This document shows positions 1 to 12,600 of a stretch of DNA of 64,000 bases, piece after piece. The position numbers and the translations under genes are program-made. Every line of letters begins with the position of its first letter. Position 1 is the stretch's first letter. This stretch comes from the human T2T-CHM13v2.0 reference genome, Homo sapiens, in NCBI RefSeq assembly GCF_009914755.1, contig NC_060929.1; one strand, written 5' to 3'. The notes below the pieces were generated by a model. That model made no database searches. It worked only from the letters and a program-made list of their open reading frames with translations, and was not told the DNA's origin.

Positions 1-444
1 CTTTTAATAATTTTAGTATAGCCTAAGCTTACTGCATTTATAAAGTGTACAATAGTGTACAGTAATGTCCTAGACCTTCACATTCACTAACTACTCAGTC
101 ACTAATTCACCCACAGCAACTTCTAGTCCAGCAAGCACCATTCGTGGTAAGTGCCCTATACAGGGATACCATTTTTTACTTTTTATACCATGTCTTTACT
201 ATACCTTTTCTGTGTGTAGATATGTTTAGATACACAAATATTGACCATGGTGTTACAGTTGCCTGTAGTACTCAGTATAGTAATATTCTGTACAGGTTTG
301 TAGCCTAGGAGCAATAGGCTATTCCATGTAAGTCTTACCATCTATGTTTGTATAAGTACACTCTGTGATGTTCACATAATGAGGAAATCATCTAACGAAC
401 ACATTTCTCAGAACTTATTCTCATTGTTTAGTGACCCATGACTG
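1..444 (-). mobile_element. Tigger3/MER7-type TcMar DNA transposon fragment (cut by window start)
   Basis: Reverse complement starts CAGTCATG.. next to a TA (445-446) and contains the Tigger3-like run 'atagcctattgctcctaggctacaaacctgtacag'. Confidence 0.8.
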
Positions 445-1258
445 TAATTAGGCAAGGAGTGACTACCAGAGTTTTTTCCCCTTCACTATATTTCCAAATG
501 CTATCTCTTAAATTGACTAGATTAGAAGTACTTCAGAATTTTATATCTGTTTCCCTTAAGGAAAATAATATGTCAAGCCCATGTACATTGAAGGAAATAA
601 TTTATTCTATACTATATTTATGTATTATATATTTTATTACCGAGATAGTGAGTCAAGATTATAGAAATGGTGTAAAATTAAAACATTTTGCTGAGTTTAA
701 ACGGCCATAACTTAAATGGAATTTTTTTGACATTCACTAGATCTAGTAGCCAGATGATATCTTACTATTTTAATTTTTAAACTTAGGAGGTTTGCCTATA
801 AACCATTTATTAGCAGAGGAAGCTTTCTAAATGCTGTGAGTTAAAACATATGGAGATTCTAAAGATACTTGAATGGAGCTTGAATGTCTTCCCACACATG
901 AAATATGTGTCGCAAAGAGGAAAATATATTTTAGACATTTCACTGAATCGTAGTTTGAAGTTAACAGCAAAATACATGATAGGCATTATTTTTATATTGA
1001 TAAATTAAGAATACTTTGGTTAAACAAGATACAGTAAGCCAAAAACAAAGCATTCCCTACTATATTCCTAAATCTACATGCTTACACAGTAGTCCTCTTA
1101 TATAAACCTGAAACATATAGGGCTGTGTGTATGTTCAAGTTTGATAGTGATCGCCAGTTTGTGTGGAGTTCCCCATTTATAAAGATAGACTTGGACCAAG
1201 TGATTCTATCTTATTCTACAGGAGAGTATTTTTCAATATTTTAAAAACTAGTACATAT

Positions 1259-1574
1259 GGCCAGGTGTGGTGGCTCACACCTGTAATCCCAGCACTTTGG
1301 GAGGTCTTGGTGAGCGCATCACGAGGTCAGGAGATGGAGACCATCCTGGCTAACACGGTGAAACCCCATCTCTACTAAAAATACAAAAAATTAGCTGGAT
1401 GTGGTGGCAGGTGCCTGTAGTCCCAGCTACTCGGGAGGCTGAGCCAGGAGAATGGTGTGAACCCAGGTGGCGGAGCTTGTAGTGAGCTGAGATTGCATCA
1501 CTGCACTCCAGCCTGGGCGACAGTGTGGGACCCTGTCTCAAAAAAAAAAAAAAGAAAAAAAAGAAAAAAAAAAA
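1259..1574 (+). mobile_element. AluY-like SINE, full length
   Basis: Dimeric Alu with Y-type motifs (accatcctggctaacacggtg; gaatggtgtgaacc; ggagctt) and A-tail. TSD aaaaactagtacatat (1243-1258) vs aaaacctagtgcatat (1571-1586). Confidence 0.95.
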
Positions 1575-1687
1575 CCTAGTGCATATTTTGTGTTTCCTAA
1601 TTATCTAAGAAGACTTTATTAAGCTTTGCTTGCTGTACTCTGTATGTTACAAAAACAGTGGATAGATTGAATATACTTTTTCAAATG

Positions 1688-1726
1688 CATCTCTAACCTT
1701 ACCTCACACATCTCTAACCTTACCTC
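1688..1726. repeat. Short tandem duplication, period 21 bp
   Basis: catctctaaccttacctc at 1688-1705 and 1709-1726. Confidence 0.9.
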
Positions 1727-1759
1727 TTTTGGTGGCATTGGAGTGGCGTGATATGGAGA

Positions 1760-2130
1760 GGGAAGTCTATGATCAGACTTACATTTTTTAGAAATGACTT
1801 TGTTCTATAAGGAAGACAGATTGGAGGAAATAAGGCAATAGGCAGGAGGTCAGTTCAGAGATACTGAGTGAGTCCAGTCTTAAGTGAGATGATGAGAACC
1901 TCAACCAAGTATGTGGAGTGAGAATGGAGAACAGAGTGTACTAAAGTGATATTAGGATGTAGGACACCTACACAACTTGGTAAATGTTTGTATATAAGGA
2001 ATTTAGGATGAGTTGTTTATGAGAATAAGTAACTGGAGACCCAGGCTACCTGTCAAGGTAGGGAGATTTGCCCATGGAAGTCGGGGGACAGGGAAGGCTG
2101 TAATGAATTGTTTTGGATGTGTTGAGTCAC
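1760..2130 (-). mobile_element. L2 fragment
   Basis: Purine-rich antisense L2 motifs (gatcagacttacatttttagaaa.., ggcaggaggtcagtt.., gagatgatg.., ttttggatgtgttgagt). Confidence 0.55.
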
Positions 2131-2552
2131 AAAATTCTCAGGTCCATAACCAACTCAGTTTAAAAGTCAATGAGTTAATTTACTAATTTTGGGGGCTTGT
2201 ATCCATGCCTATTACCCTCTTTCCCTAGATCCTAGCTAAAAATAGGCCCCAATTTTTTTGACTTGAGGCTGGATTTCTGTTTGCAGAACCTCACTGAGGT
2301 CTGATTTTTTTCCTCTACAGTTCCCTTGTCTTTTCATGCCTTGACCCTGTGCCTCTTTTACCTATATTACTACTTTGCTTAGGACCTCTGGCCCATGTTT
2401 AACTAGCTTTCTTCCTGCCTTACTCAACTTTGGATCAAACTTCCTTCTGGATGCATATCCTTACTGAAATGGCACAGTTATCCTCAGTAGAGATGCATTT
2501 CTCAGTATGTGTGTGGACTGATTTTGATAAGGGTTAGGAGAGGATCCTGCAC

Positions 2553-2712
2553 TGTGGTGTGGAAGAAGAGCACTGTACTAACTTTTGTGCCGCTGCTGCT
2601 TCAAAACTAGCTGTTTAAGGTAAAGTGCTTGACCTCTCCTTGCCTCAGTTTTCTGTTCTGTAAAATGAGTAGATTGGGCTAAAGGACCTCTAAAATTCTC
2701 CCTCCAGCTTCA
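2553..2712 (+). mobile_element. MIR/MIR3 SINE
   Basis: Core gcctcagttttctgttctgtaaaatg followed by MIR3-like tail gacctctaaaattctccctccagct. Confidence 0.7.
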
Positions 2713-2993
2713 AAAATTCTTTTTAAAATTTACATCTGCAGTATTTGACTCTGCAGAATTGGATTTGGTAGAATTGTGGTCACAAAAGAAAATTCCCAGT
2801 GAATTTTTAAAAATAGATAAATATTTGGTGTAGAAGTTAAATGGACAACTGAATCTCAGTGAGAAAAATTTCAGTAAAATTAAACTGAAAAGGAAAAAAA
2901 ATTGGAAATGGTTCATTTGTGTAGTAAAGATAATTGACAAAGGAATTAAGTTACCCTGATTGAGCTCACTCTGGAATATATTTTCTCAGTGAT

Positions 2994-3364
2994 TGATATG
3001 GTTTGGCTGTGTCCCCACCCAAATCTCATCTTGAATTGTAGTTCACATGATCCCCATGTGTCATGGGAGGGTGGGAGGTAATTTAATCATGCGCGCGGTT
3101 ATCCTCATGCTGTTCCTGTGATAGTGAGTGAATTTTCACGAGATCTGATGGTTTTATAAGGGGCTTTCCCCCCTCTTCACACGGCACTTCTTGCTGCTGC
3201 CATGCAGGAAGGTTGTATTTGCTTCTTCTTCCTTCTGCCATGATTGTAAATTTCCTGAGGCCTCCCTAGCCCTGTGGAACTGTAAGTCAATTAAACCTCT
3301 TTCCTTTATAAATTACCCAGTCTCTGGTATGTCTTTATTAGCCACATGAGAATGGACTAATACA
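2994..3364 (+). mobile_element. THE1 (B/C-like) MaLR solo LTR
   Basis: Starts TGATATGGTTTGGCTGTGTCCCCACCCAAATCTC and ends GGACTAATACA. 5-bp TSD gtgat/atgat. Confidence 0.93.
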
Positions 3365-3384
3365 ATGATATTAGTCAAGTTGGG

Positions 3385-4300
3385 ATAATTTGTTTAACAA
3401 AACAATGGGGGCATGTCAGAAGGACACAGGAGCTAACTGGGAGGAGCTCCCTATGACCGAATCGGGGCAAGTCTGTGAACTATAACCCATAGAATAAGTT
3501 AAATATCATGAATCCATACTGATAGAAATAATAAGTAGATAAGAAACAACTCTTCCTTACAGTATAATTCCAATTAATAAATGTAGAACGAATAATAGAA
3601 AATCACCATGAGGCAGATACCATAGTAACACTTATTGTAATCAGGAATCATTAATGGATGCTAAAATTAGTTGAGCAAAGCTCTGATGAGAAGCAGAATA
3701 TTTACATAGTTTCAAGGTATTTCCTCACAAGATATTTATCAGCTACAAAGGGAGAATTAATAACTTTACACTGAAGAAACCTGCCAGATACCACCTTAAC
3801 AGAGACATTAAAGATAACATCATCTGTAATAAGACATATTGACATCATATAAATCTTGATATGATGCATATGAAGGCATAACAACACTTCTGTCAGATTC
3901 TTACAAAAATGTGTAGCCTTAACCTAATAATGAGAAAACACCAGACAAACCCAACTTGAGAGGGAGTCTGTAAAATAACTGGCCACTAGTTTTCACATGT
4001 CAAAATCATGAGCTATCCTAGATTGGAGGCGACTAAGGAAATATGACAACTAAATGCAATGTGAGATCCTGTATTTGATGTGGACTAGAAAAAAAAGCAC
4101 ATTAGTAGGAAAACTGGTGAAATTGGAATGAGGTCTGTAGATTAGCTAATAGAATTCTATCAGTGTTACTCTTCTGTTTTTTTTGATAATTATATAATCT
4201 TGATAGATGTTAACATTAGGGGAAGCTGTGATATGGACCTCTCTAACATTTTTAACAACTTTTTGGTAAGTCTAAAATTGTTTTAAAATGAAGAATTTTA
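3385..4300 (+). mobile_element. Old L1 3' UTR (L1MC4/5-like)
   Basis: Motifs atgacaactaaatgcaatgtgagatcct, cattagtaggaaaactggtgaaatt, gatgttaacattaggggaagctg, taagtctaaaattg. Confidence 0.75.
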
Positions 4301-4579
4301 GGCCAGGCGTGGTAGCTCACGTATGTAATCCCACCACTTTGGGAGGCCGAAGTGGGCGTATCACTTGAGTTCAGGAGTTTGAGACCAGCCTGGCCAACAT
4401 GGTGAAACCCTTTCTCTACTAAAAATACAAAAATTAGCCAGGCATGATGACAGGCACCTGTAATCCCAGCTACTGGGAGGCTGAGGCAGGAGAATCGCTT
4501 GAACATGAGAGGCGAACTTTGCAGTGAGCCAAGATCGCCTGGGCTACAGAGCGAGACTCTGTCTCAAAAAATAAATAAA

Positions 4580-4623
<44 letters not shown>

Positions 4624-4624
4624 A
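4301..4624 (+). mobile_element. AluS (Sx/Sz-like) with (TAAA)n tail and a ~15-bp deletion in the right arm
   Basis: Dimeric Alu. gatcgcctggg lacks the consensus gccactgcactcca segment. (TAAA)n at 4571-4624. Confidence 0.93.
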
Positions 4625-4989
4625 AGATTTATAAATAGTATTTTAATCTTAAACATGTTTTTGAAATACCCTTGTTGGTGTCAACATAGCAGGGTTAAGT
4701 CAGCTCACTTAAGCCCTCATCTCACACACCCACATGCTAACCTGAAAATGGCAAAATTAATAGATTTTGAAAATTTTGAAAGAGACAATTTTAGGACATC
4801 AAGAAGGTCTGTTTAATAAATGAAGGGGTAAACTTTTGGTCTTTAACATTCCTGAGGATTACTAAAAGCTTAAGAACATGCACAGGGAGCATATGTACGT
4901 ATACATGACTCAGCTTTTGAGAGTCACCACCTGGAAGACAATCACGTCTCCCGATGCCATTAAATGGATTGTAGAGCACATAATTCTTG

Positions 4990-5440
4990 GAAGTGGAGCA
5001 CAGTTCTCACTCCAAAAGCCAAGAATGGCAAATGCTCACTTTCCTGGCCTCTTTGTATTATGAGAATGCAGGTATGCAACCTAGATTTGGCCAATCAATT
5101 CCATGTACTCTGGGCTTTGATTCAGGAGCTAGTGAAAGGAGAGAATATATTCCTTTGTGGCAGCAGGAGTAGTGGCAACATCCAATTTTCAGGGGTAGCA
5201 ATGCCACTGACGGTGTCACATCCAGCATTCTGGAGTGTCAGTGGTGTCCTCCAGCCTGGTTCTGAGTCTGGAATCTGGCTGGGATCCGGGATGTGCCAAG
5301 ACTTCTGTATTCTCATATATTTTCTGAGCCTGATTATATAGCCTCTCCAGCAATTTCGGGATCTACTTTCCATTCTTTGCCTAATTTCACTTTATACTGC
5401 AGTTGAGAATGCCATCTGATCTGTATCCCTATACAAAAAG
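4990..5440. mobile_element. Degenerate ERVL-class LTR (LTR33/LTR16-like)
   Basis: Motifs ttcctggcctctttg..gcaacctagatttggccaatca resemble these families; heavily diverged. Confidence 0.4.
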
Positions 5441-5564
5441 TTTAGATATTATTCCATTAAAATGAATTTATGTTGTAAGAGTTATTATGTATATTTTTCA
5501 GCACTTCAAGTTTTAATTTGCTTTTATATGTATTATATTGAGTTAATGAATTTAGTTAAGTCAT

Positions 5565-5805
5565 TATAGTACAGTGGTTAATAGTGTGGACTTCGGAAGT
5601 ACGCCTGGATTCAAATTCAGGCTCTGCTGCTTATTAGCTGATTGAGTTTTTATGGTTATAAAATGGGGGTAATAGCAGTACCTACCTCCGGACTTGTCAG
5701 GAGGACCAAATGCATACATGCACGCACATGCGCGCACATACACATAAAGAGCAGTACTTGGCAAGGTAGTAAGTTTTGTGTCTCAGTATTAGCAGTTATT
5801 ATTTT
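5565..5805 (+). mobile_element. MIR SINE
   Basis: gtggttaatagtgtggactt..cctggattcaaattcaggctctg..taaaatgggggtaatagcagtacctacctc. Confidence 0.75.
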
Positions 5806-6576
5806 GATTCTCATATCAGCTTAGAAGTTTATATGTTTGTTTTCTGGTTGATGTTAATATGTCAAGTTCTCAAACTCCCTTCATGTTAGCAATACCATTT
5901 CTTTTGGTGAACCTCTCTAGTATGTATTTTATAGAAGAAAGTTCACATTGATCTGAGATCAGAGATCAGATTTTGTTAATTGGTATATTACTGAATTAAC
6001 TCTGTTATTGACAGTTACTGGGATCTGTACATCATCTGAGTTTTTGGCTGATTTGCTTAGAAGGAAAAGTAATAACTGACACCTCAGACTTCAGAAGGAG
6101 AAAGGTTTATTGTTTTCAAAAGGAAGACTACAATATTAGCTTCAATTATCTTTAGGTATTTCTAGAATAATTTAATATACCATGGTACTTAAAAGGAAAC
6201 AAAAATGTATCTAACTTGATTAAATAGATTTTTTAAGCCTGAGGAGCAAAATTAGACTATTCACTGGCTGCCCAAGGGATGAGTAAATCAGAACAGTTAG
6301 AAGAAATGCAGAACGTAAAAACAAACCCAGAGTGAGTATTTATGTAAATAATGAACAGTAGCATCATTGTGTCAGAGCTTTGAAATTCTTTCCCTAGTTG
6401 CTTATTTGAGTATTATTCCTTTAAGAATTATAACAATATGATGGAAAAACCTGAGAAATTTCCTGACAATTTTACACATTCTGATCATGTGATTAAGACT
6501 CAGTGAAGCAGTTTTTGATTCTTTCCTGGTGGATATGGAAATTATTATCCATCTCTGAAGACTCGTCAAAACTTAC

Positions 6577-6606
6577 CTCAAAGTTTTATTGTAGTCAGTT
6601 AGCAGT
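6577..6606 (-). other. Candidate 30-nt micro-exon (predicted, unverified)
   Basis: Minus strand: gtgtctttccttttatAG|ACTGCT...TTTGAG|GTaagt. Unique sequence, one open frame (LLTDYNKTL). Confidence 0.35.
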
Positions 6607-6763
6607 CTATAAAAGGAAAGACACAATTCACGCTGAAAATGCTGGTAAGACAGGAAGAAGTTTAAAAATTACTCTCTAAATACTTTTCCTGTCTCATTTG
6701 TTGATCCAGGAACTCTGATCTGTGAACCTTACTTATGCATGAATGTTTTTATATCTTAATTCC

Positions 6764-6790
6764 TTTGTTGTTGTTGTTGTTGTTGTTGTT
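6764..6790. repeat. (TTG)n microsatellite
   Basis: About 8-9 TTG units. Confidence 0.95.
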
Positions 6791-7094
6791 TTGCTCTTAA
6801 GCTCTTTCTGGTCTAAGTTTGTTGTACAATTCTGCCCATGGCTCTGACCTTTTACATGTTAGTTGGTGCCAGTGTCATCTGTTTTGGATAATAAGCTCCT
6901 TGAGGGCAATGACTCTTTTGGCTTGATTTCTATAACACTCTTTGATGGTGATCATAATGACTAAGTGGTTTGTTCCATTGATTTAAAATATATCCTTGAC
7001 TTCTGCTTAGCATATTCTGAGAATTAATAATATGGCAACTGTTTCTCAATAGTCATTTACTTTTAAATTGCCTATATCATATTAAAATAAAACA

Positions 7095-7330
7095 ATAGCT
7101 GTTATTTGTTGATCATTGCCAGAAGTGGTTTGAGCACTTTAAATTTATTATTTCATTTAATTTTCACCACAGCTCACTGAAATTGGTGTTACTATTATTC
7201 TCACTTCGCAGATGAGAAAACTAAGGCTTAAAGAGGTTAAGTAACTTGCCTATTTTACAACTAGAAATATTACAGCCAAGAAACCCAGGTGTGTCTGATT
7301 TCAAAGAGATTGCTTTCAACCACTGTATCA
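7095..7330 (-). mobile_element. MIR (MIRb-like) SINE
   Basis: cagatgagaaaactaaggcttaaagaggttaagtaacttgcc is the antisense MIR core. Confidence 0.85.
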
Positions 7331-7870
7331 TAGTTTTCTTTGAGCCCCTATGGACATTTGCAAGTGATTCTTTTATGTCTCTGAAGTCTATATTTTAAAT
7401 TTTTTTTATACACAGCTTACAGAGAATTACCATGAAAAATGAGCGTTTCACTGATTTGTCTTTATTAAGAGCAAAAAATTCTTTAAAAATTCCTCAAATA
7501 CCTGTTCCACATATCTAACACTGAAAAACCTGTTGTTTCAATTTTTAATGCTATTTGGACTGTGGGAGCAAACATTCCTGACGGTTGCTGTCAGTGCTGA
7601 TACATTTTTTATTTCCATGATAATTCTTCTATAGATATGTGTTACTCTTTCTGATGTGGTGTTCACTAGTTTTTAATAAATAGGCTATATTGTGTGTGGT
7701 TTTTTTCATTGAGAGAATGATGGAGTTAAAAATAATCACAATAATAATTTTAAAAGAACATGCTGACATTTAGATCTACAGACTTTCTCCTCTAGGCTAT
7801 AAAGTCTTAAAAGTAGGTCATACTTTGGGTTTAAACTCTGAACAGATACTTGCTCTCTATGTTAGCTTAC

Positions 7871-7941
7871 CTTTTGATCTTAAAGCAGCATTTATTCTTA
7901 ACTTCAGTAAATTTTAAATTGTCCTTCCAAATTTGGAAATT
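7871..7941 (-). other. Candidate 71-nt exon (predicted, unverified)
   Basis: Minus strand: gatttttcatttcatacAG|AATTTC...CAAAAG|GTaagc. One open frame, NFQIWKDNLKFTEVKNKCCFKIK. Confidence 0.35.
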
Positions 7942-8327
7942 CTGTATGAAATGAAAAATCACCAGTCATTTAAAGGAGAAAATTAAAGAAACAAGTTTGG
8001 CACTTTTCTGTTCTGTCTCCTTGAAGAATTGGAACTTTTCTTTCTATCAGTGATCTAAGCTAGAAATATGAGACAGTTAAAAAAATACGGAAGTTCATCT
8101 TCACTTGAATAAAATTGAGGTTTGGGTAGCGTCCTTAAATTCTCTATAGGTTAACCAGATGATGGTGGAAAAAGAGAATGTCTGTAGGTTACATCCTGCC
8201 TCACTGAGTTAGCATAATCGTCAATTCACTTGCTTCCCAGTACTCTATTCATTACAAGAAAACTGCTGTGGGTCTTTGGAACTATTTTTCCTCAGCTCTA
8301 TGATCACTACAAACCAATGACCTTTAG

Positions 8328-8982
<655 letters not shown>

Positions 8983-9088
8983 TAGATTTTCTCCTCCAGC
9001 CTATCCTGGCCTAATACTTCCTAGTTCCTGTAAGTATAAACATTAGGCTCATTTCTCTGCTATAGGTACTGGTGACTGAAACACTTAC

Positions 9089-9155
9089 TTTTGCATACTG
9101 ATTATTTTTCTGTAGTAGCATCTTTTATATACCAACTATTTTAGAAAGGTCAATT
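9089..9155 (-). other. Candidate 67-nt exon with ATG at 9121 (predicted, unverified)
   Basis: Minus strand: tcaactctctttggccacAG|AATTGA...GCAAAA|GTaagt. TAA AAG ATG then MLLQKNNQYAK ending in phase 0. Confidence 0.25.
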
Positions 9156-9639
9156 CTGTGGCCAAAGAGAGTTGATGGGTTTGGGGTTGTAATTAAATGT
9201 TACTTTAAAAGTTTTAGATGTAGTGACTTTAACAAATAATACAGGATTTGATTTACATACACCTATAGGAATTTTGAAAGGATGATTGCTATAAGTGTGG
9301 TACCTGTTTACTTAGAGTGGGTATCCTTTAACAGTATAAACTTCTTACACTTACGCAAGTTTAACAAGTGTTTCTTTTGAGATCAGCTAACTGGTGATGA
9401 TTCATTTCACATTTTAGTTCTCTTAGCCCTCTGATACCATCCCTCACCCTCACCCATAATACCCTGTCTGCTCTTCTGCTCCCTTCTATATTAACTCTAT
9501 TTTTTCTTTCCAAATGCTTAGTAAGTTTGTTCTTCCCTTCCTTTCTTCTTCCATCTCTTCATCTTCTTATTGACTGAAGATAGTAATTTAAATTCTTTAA
9601 GTTTGGAAAATAAGAATATTTATATTTGACATTACATAT

Positions 9640-12600
9640 TTTTAAAATGTTTTTAATTTTCATGGGTACATAGTAGGTGTATATTTATGGACTACATGAG
9701 ATACTTTGATACAGGCATATAATGCGTAATAATCACATCAGGGTAAATGGGATATCCATCACCTCAAACATGTATCCTTTCTTCATGTTACAAACAAATC
9801 AGTTTGGCAAAAGCTCCAAACTGTTCTACATAGTGGTTGTACTGATTTACATTCCCACCAACAGTATATGAGTGTTCTCTTTTCTCCACATCCTCACCAG
9901 CATTTATTTCCTGTCTTTTGGATAAAAGCCATTTTAACTGGAGTGAGATAATTTCACATTGCAGTTTTGCATTTCTCTGATGATCAGTGATGTTGAACAC
10001 CTTTTCATCTATTTGTTCTCATTTGTATGTCTTCTTTTGAGAAATGTCTATTCAAGTATTTTGCCCATTTTAAAATTAGATTATTAGTTTTTTTCCAATA
10101 CAATTGTTTGCGCTCCTTACCTATTCTGGTTATTAATCCCTTGTCAGATGGGTAGTTTGCAAATATTTTCTCCCATTCTGTGGGTTGTCTCTTCACTTTG
10201 TTGATTGTTTTCTTTGCTTTGCAGAAGATTTTTACCTTCATAAGATCTCATTTATCTATTTTTGCTTTGATTACCTATGCTTGTGGGGTATTGCAAGAAA
10301 CCTTTGCCCAGACCAATGTCCTGGAGAGTTTCCCTAGTGTTTTCTTGTAGTAGTTTTATAATTTGAGATCTTAGACTTAAGTCTTTAATTTTTTATTTGG
10401 TTGTTGTATATGCGGAGAGATGGGGTCTAGTTTCATTCTTCTGTATATGGATGTCTGTTTTTTCCAGCACCATTTATTGAAGAGACTATCCTTTCCCAAG
10501 TGTATACTCTTGGCACCTTTGTCAGAAATGAGTTCACTGTAGGTGTGTGGATTTATTTTGGGGTTCACTATTCCACTTCATTGGTCTATGTGTCTATTTT
10601 TATGCCAGTACCTTGCTATTTCGGTTACTGTACCTTTGTAGTGTAATTTGACATCAGATAATGTGATTTCTCCAGTTTTCTTCTTTTTGTTTAGGATAGC
10701 TTTGGCTATTCTGAGTTTTTTGTGGTTCCATATAAATTTTAGTATAGTTTTTTTTTTTCTATTTCTGTGAAGAATGTCATTGGTATTTGATAGGGATTGC
10801 ATTGAATCTGTATATTGCTTTGAATAGTATGGGCATTTTAACAATATTGATTCTTCCAATTCATGAACATAGAATATCTTTCCATTTATTGTTGTCTTCT
10901 TCAATTTCTTTCATCAGTGTTTTATAGTTTTCATTAGAGGAATCTTTCACTTCTTTGGTTAATTCCTAGGTATTTAGTTTTTATTTGTAGCTCTTGTAAA
11001 TGAAATTACTTTGTAGATTTCTTTTTCAGATTGTTTGATGGTAGCATATAGTAATGCTACTGACTTTTGTATGTTGATTTTGTATCTTGCAAGTTTACTG
11101 AATTTGTTTATCAGCTCTAATAGGTTTTTGACGGAGTCTTTAGGTTTTTCCAAATATAAGATTATGTCATCTGCAAACAAGGATAATTTGACTTCTTCCT
11201 TTCCAATTTGGATGTTTTTTTATTTTTTCACTTGTCTAATTGCTCTAGTTAGACTTCCAGTATTACATTGAATAACAGTGGTGAAAGTGAACATCCTTGT
11301 TGTGTTCTAGATCTTAGAGGAAAGGCTTTCAGTTTTCCCCCTAATCAGTATGATACTAGCTGTGGGTCTGTCTATATGGCTTTTATTGTGTTGAGGTGTA
11401 TTCCTTCTATACCCAGTTTTTTGGAGGGTTCATATCATGAGGGGATGTTGAATTTTATCAAATGCTTTTTCAGCACCAGTTGAAATGATCATATGTTTTT
11501 TGTCCTCCATTCTGTTGGTATGATGTGTCACTTTGATTTGCATATGTTAAACTATCCTTGCATCACTGGGATAAATCCCACTTGGTCTTGATGAATGATC
11601 TTTTTAGTGTGTTGTTGAATTCATTTGCTGGTATTTTCTGGAGGGTTTTTGCATCAACATTCATCAGTGATATTGGCCCATCATTTTCTTCTTTTCATGT
11701 GTCTTTGTTTAGTTTTGGTATCAGGGTAATATTAGCATTGTAGAATGAGTTTGGAAGTATTCTCTTCTCTATTATTTGGAATTGTTTGAGTAGGATTGGT
11801 ATTAGTAGCTCTTTAAATGTTTGGTAGAATTCAGCAGTGAAGCCAGCAGGTCCCAGACTTTTCTTTGCTGGGAAACTTTATTATGGCTTCATCCTATTAT
11901 TTGTTATTGTTCTGTTCAGATTTGGGATTTCTTCTTGGTACAGTCTTGGTAAGGGTTATGTATTTAGGAATTTATCCATTTCTTCTAGATTTTCCAATTT
12001 ATTATATAATTGCTCATAATAGCTGCTAATGATCCTTTGAATTTCTGTAGTATTGGTTGTAATAGCTCCTTTTTTATTTCTAATTTTATTAATTTGGGTC
12101 TTCTGTCTTTTTTTGTTAATTTTTTTGTTAATTAGTCTGGCTAAAGGTTGGTCAGTTTTGTTTATCTGTTTAAAAATCAACTTTTCATTTCATTGATCTT
12201 TTGTATTCTTCATTTCAGTTTTATTTATTTCTGCTCTGATCTTTATTATTTCTTTTCTACTAGTTTTGGGTTTGGTTTGCTCTTGCTTTTCTTGTTCTTT
12301 AAGGTGTACCATTAGGTCATTTATTTGAAGTTTTCTTTTTTGATGTAAGTGCTTATAGCTATAAACGTTCCTCTTGGTACTGCTGTTGCTGTATCCCATA
12401 GGATTTGGCATGTTATATTTCTGGTACCATTTTTTTTTTTCAAGAAATTTTTCAGTTTCCTTCTTAATCCCTTCATTGACTCACTGATCATTCAGTAGCA
12501 TGTTATGTTGTTTCATTTCGATTTCCATGCATTTGTATCATTTCCAAATTCCCCTTGTTGTTGATTTCTAGGTTTATTCCATTGTGGTCAGAGAAGATGT

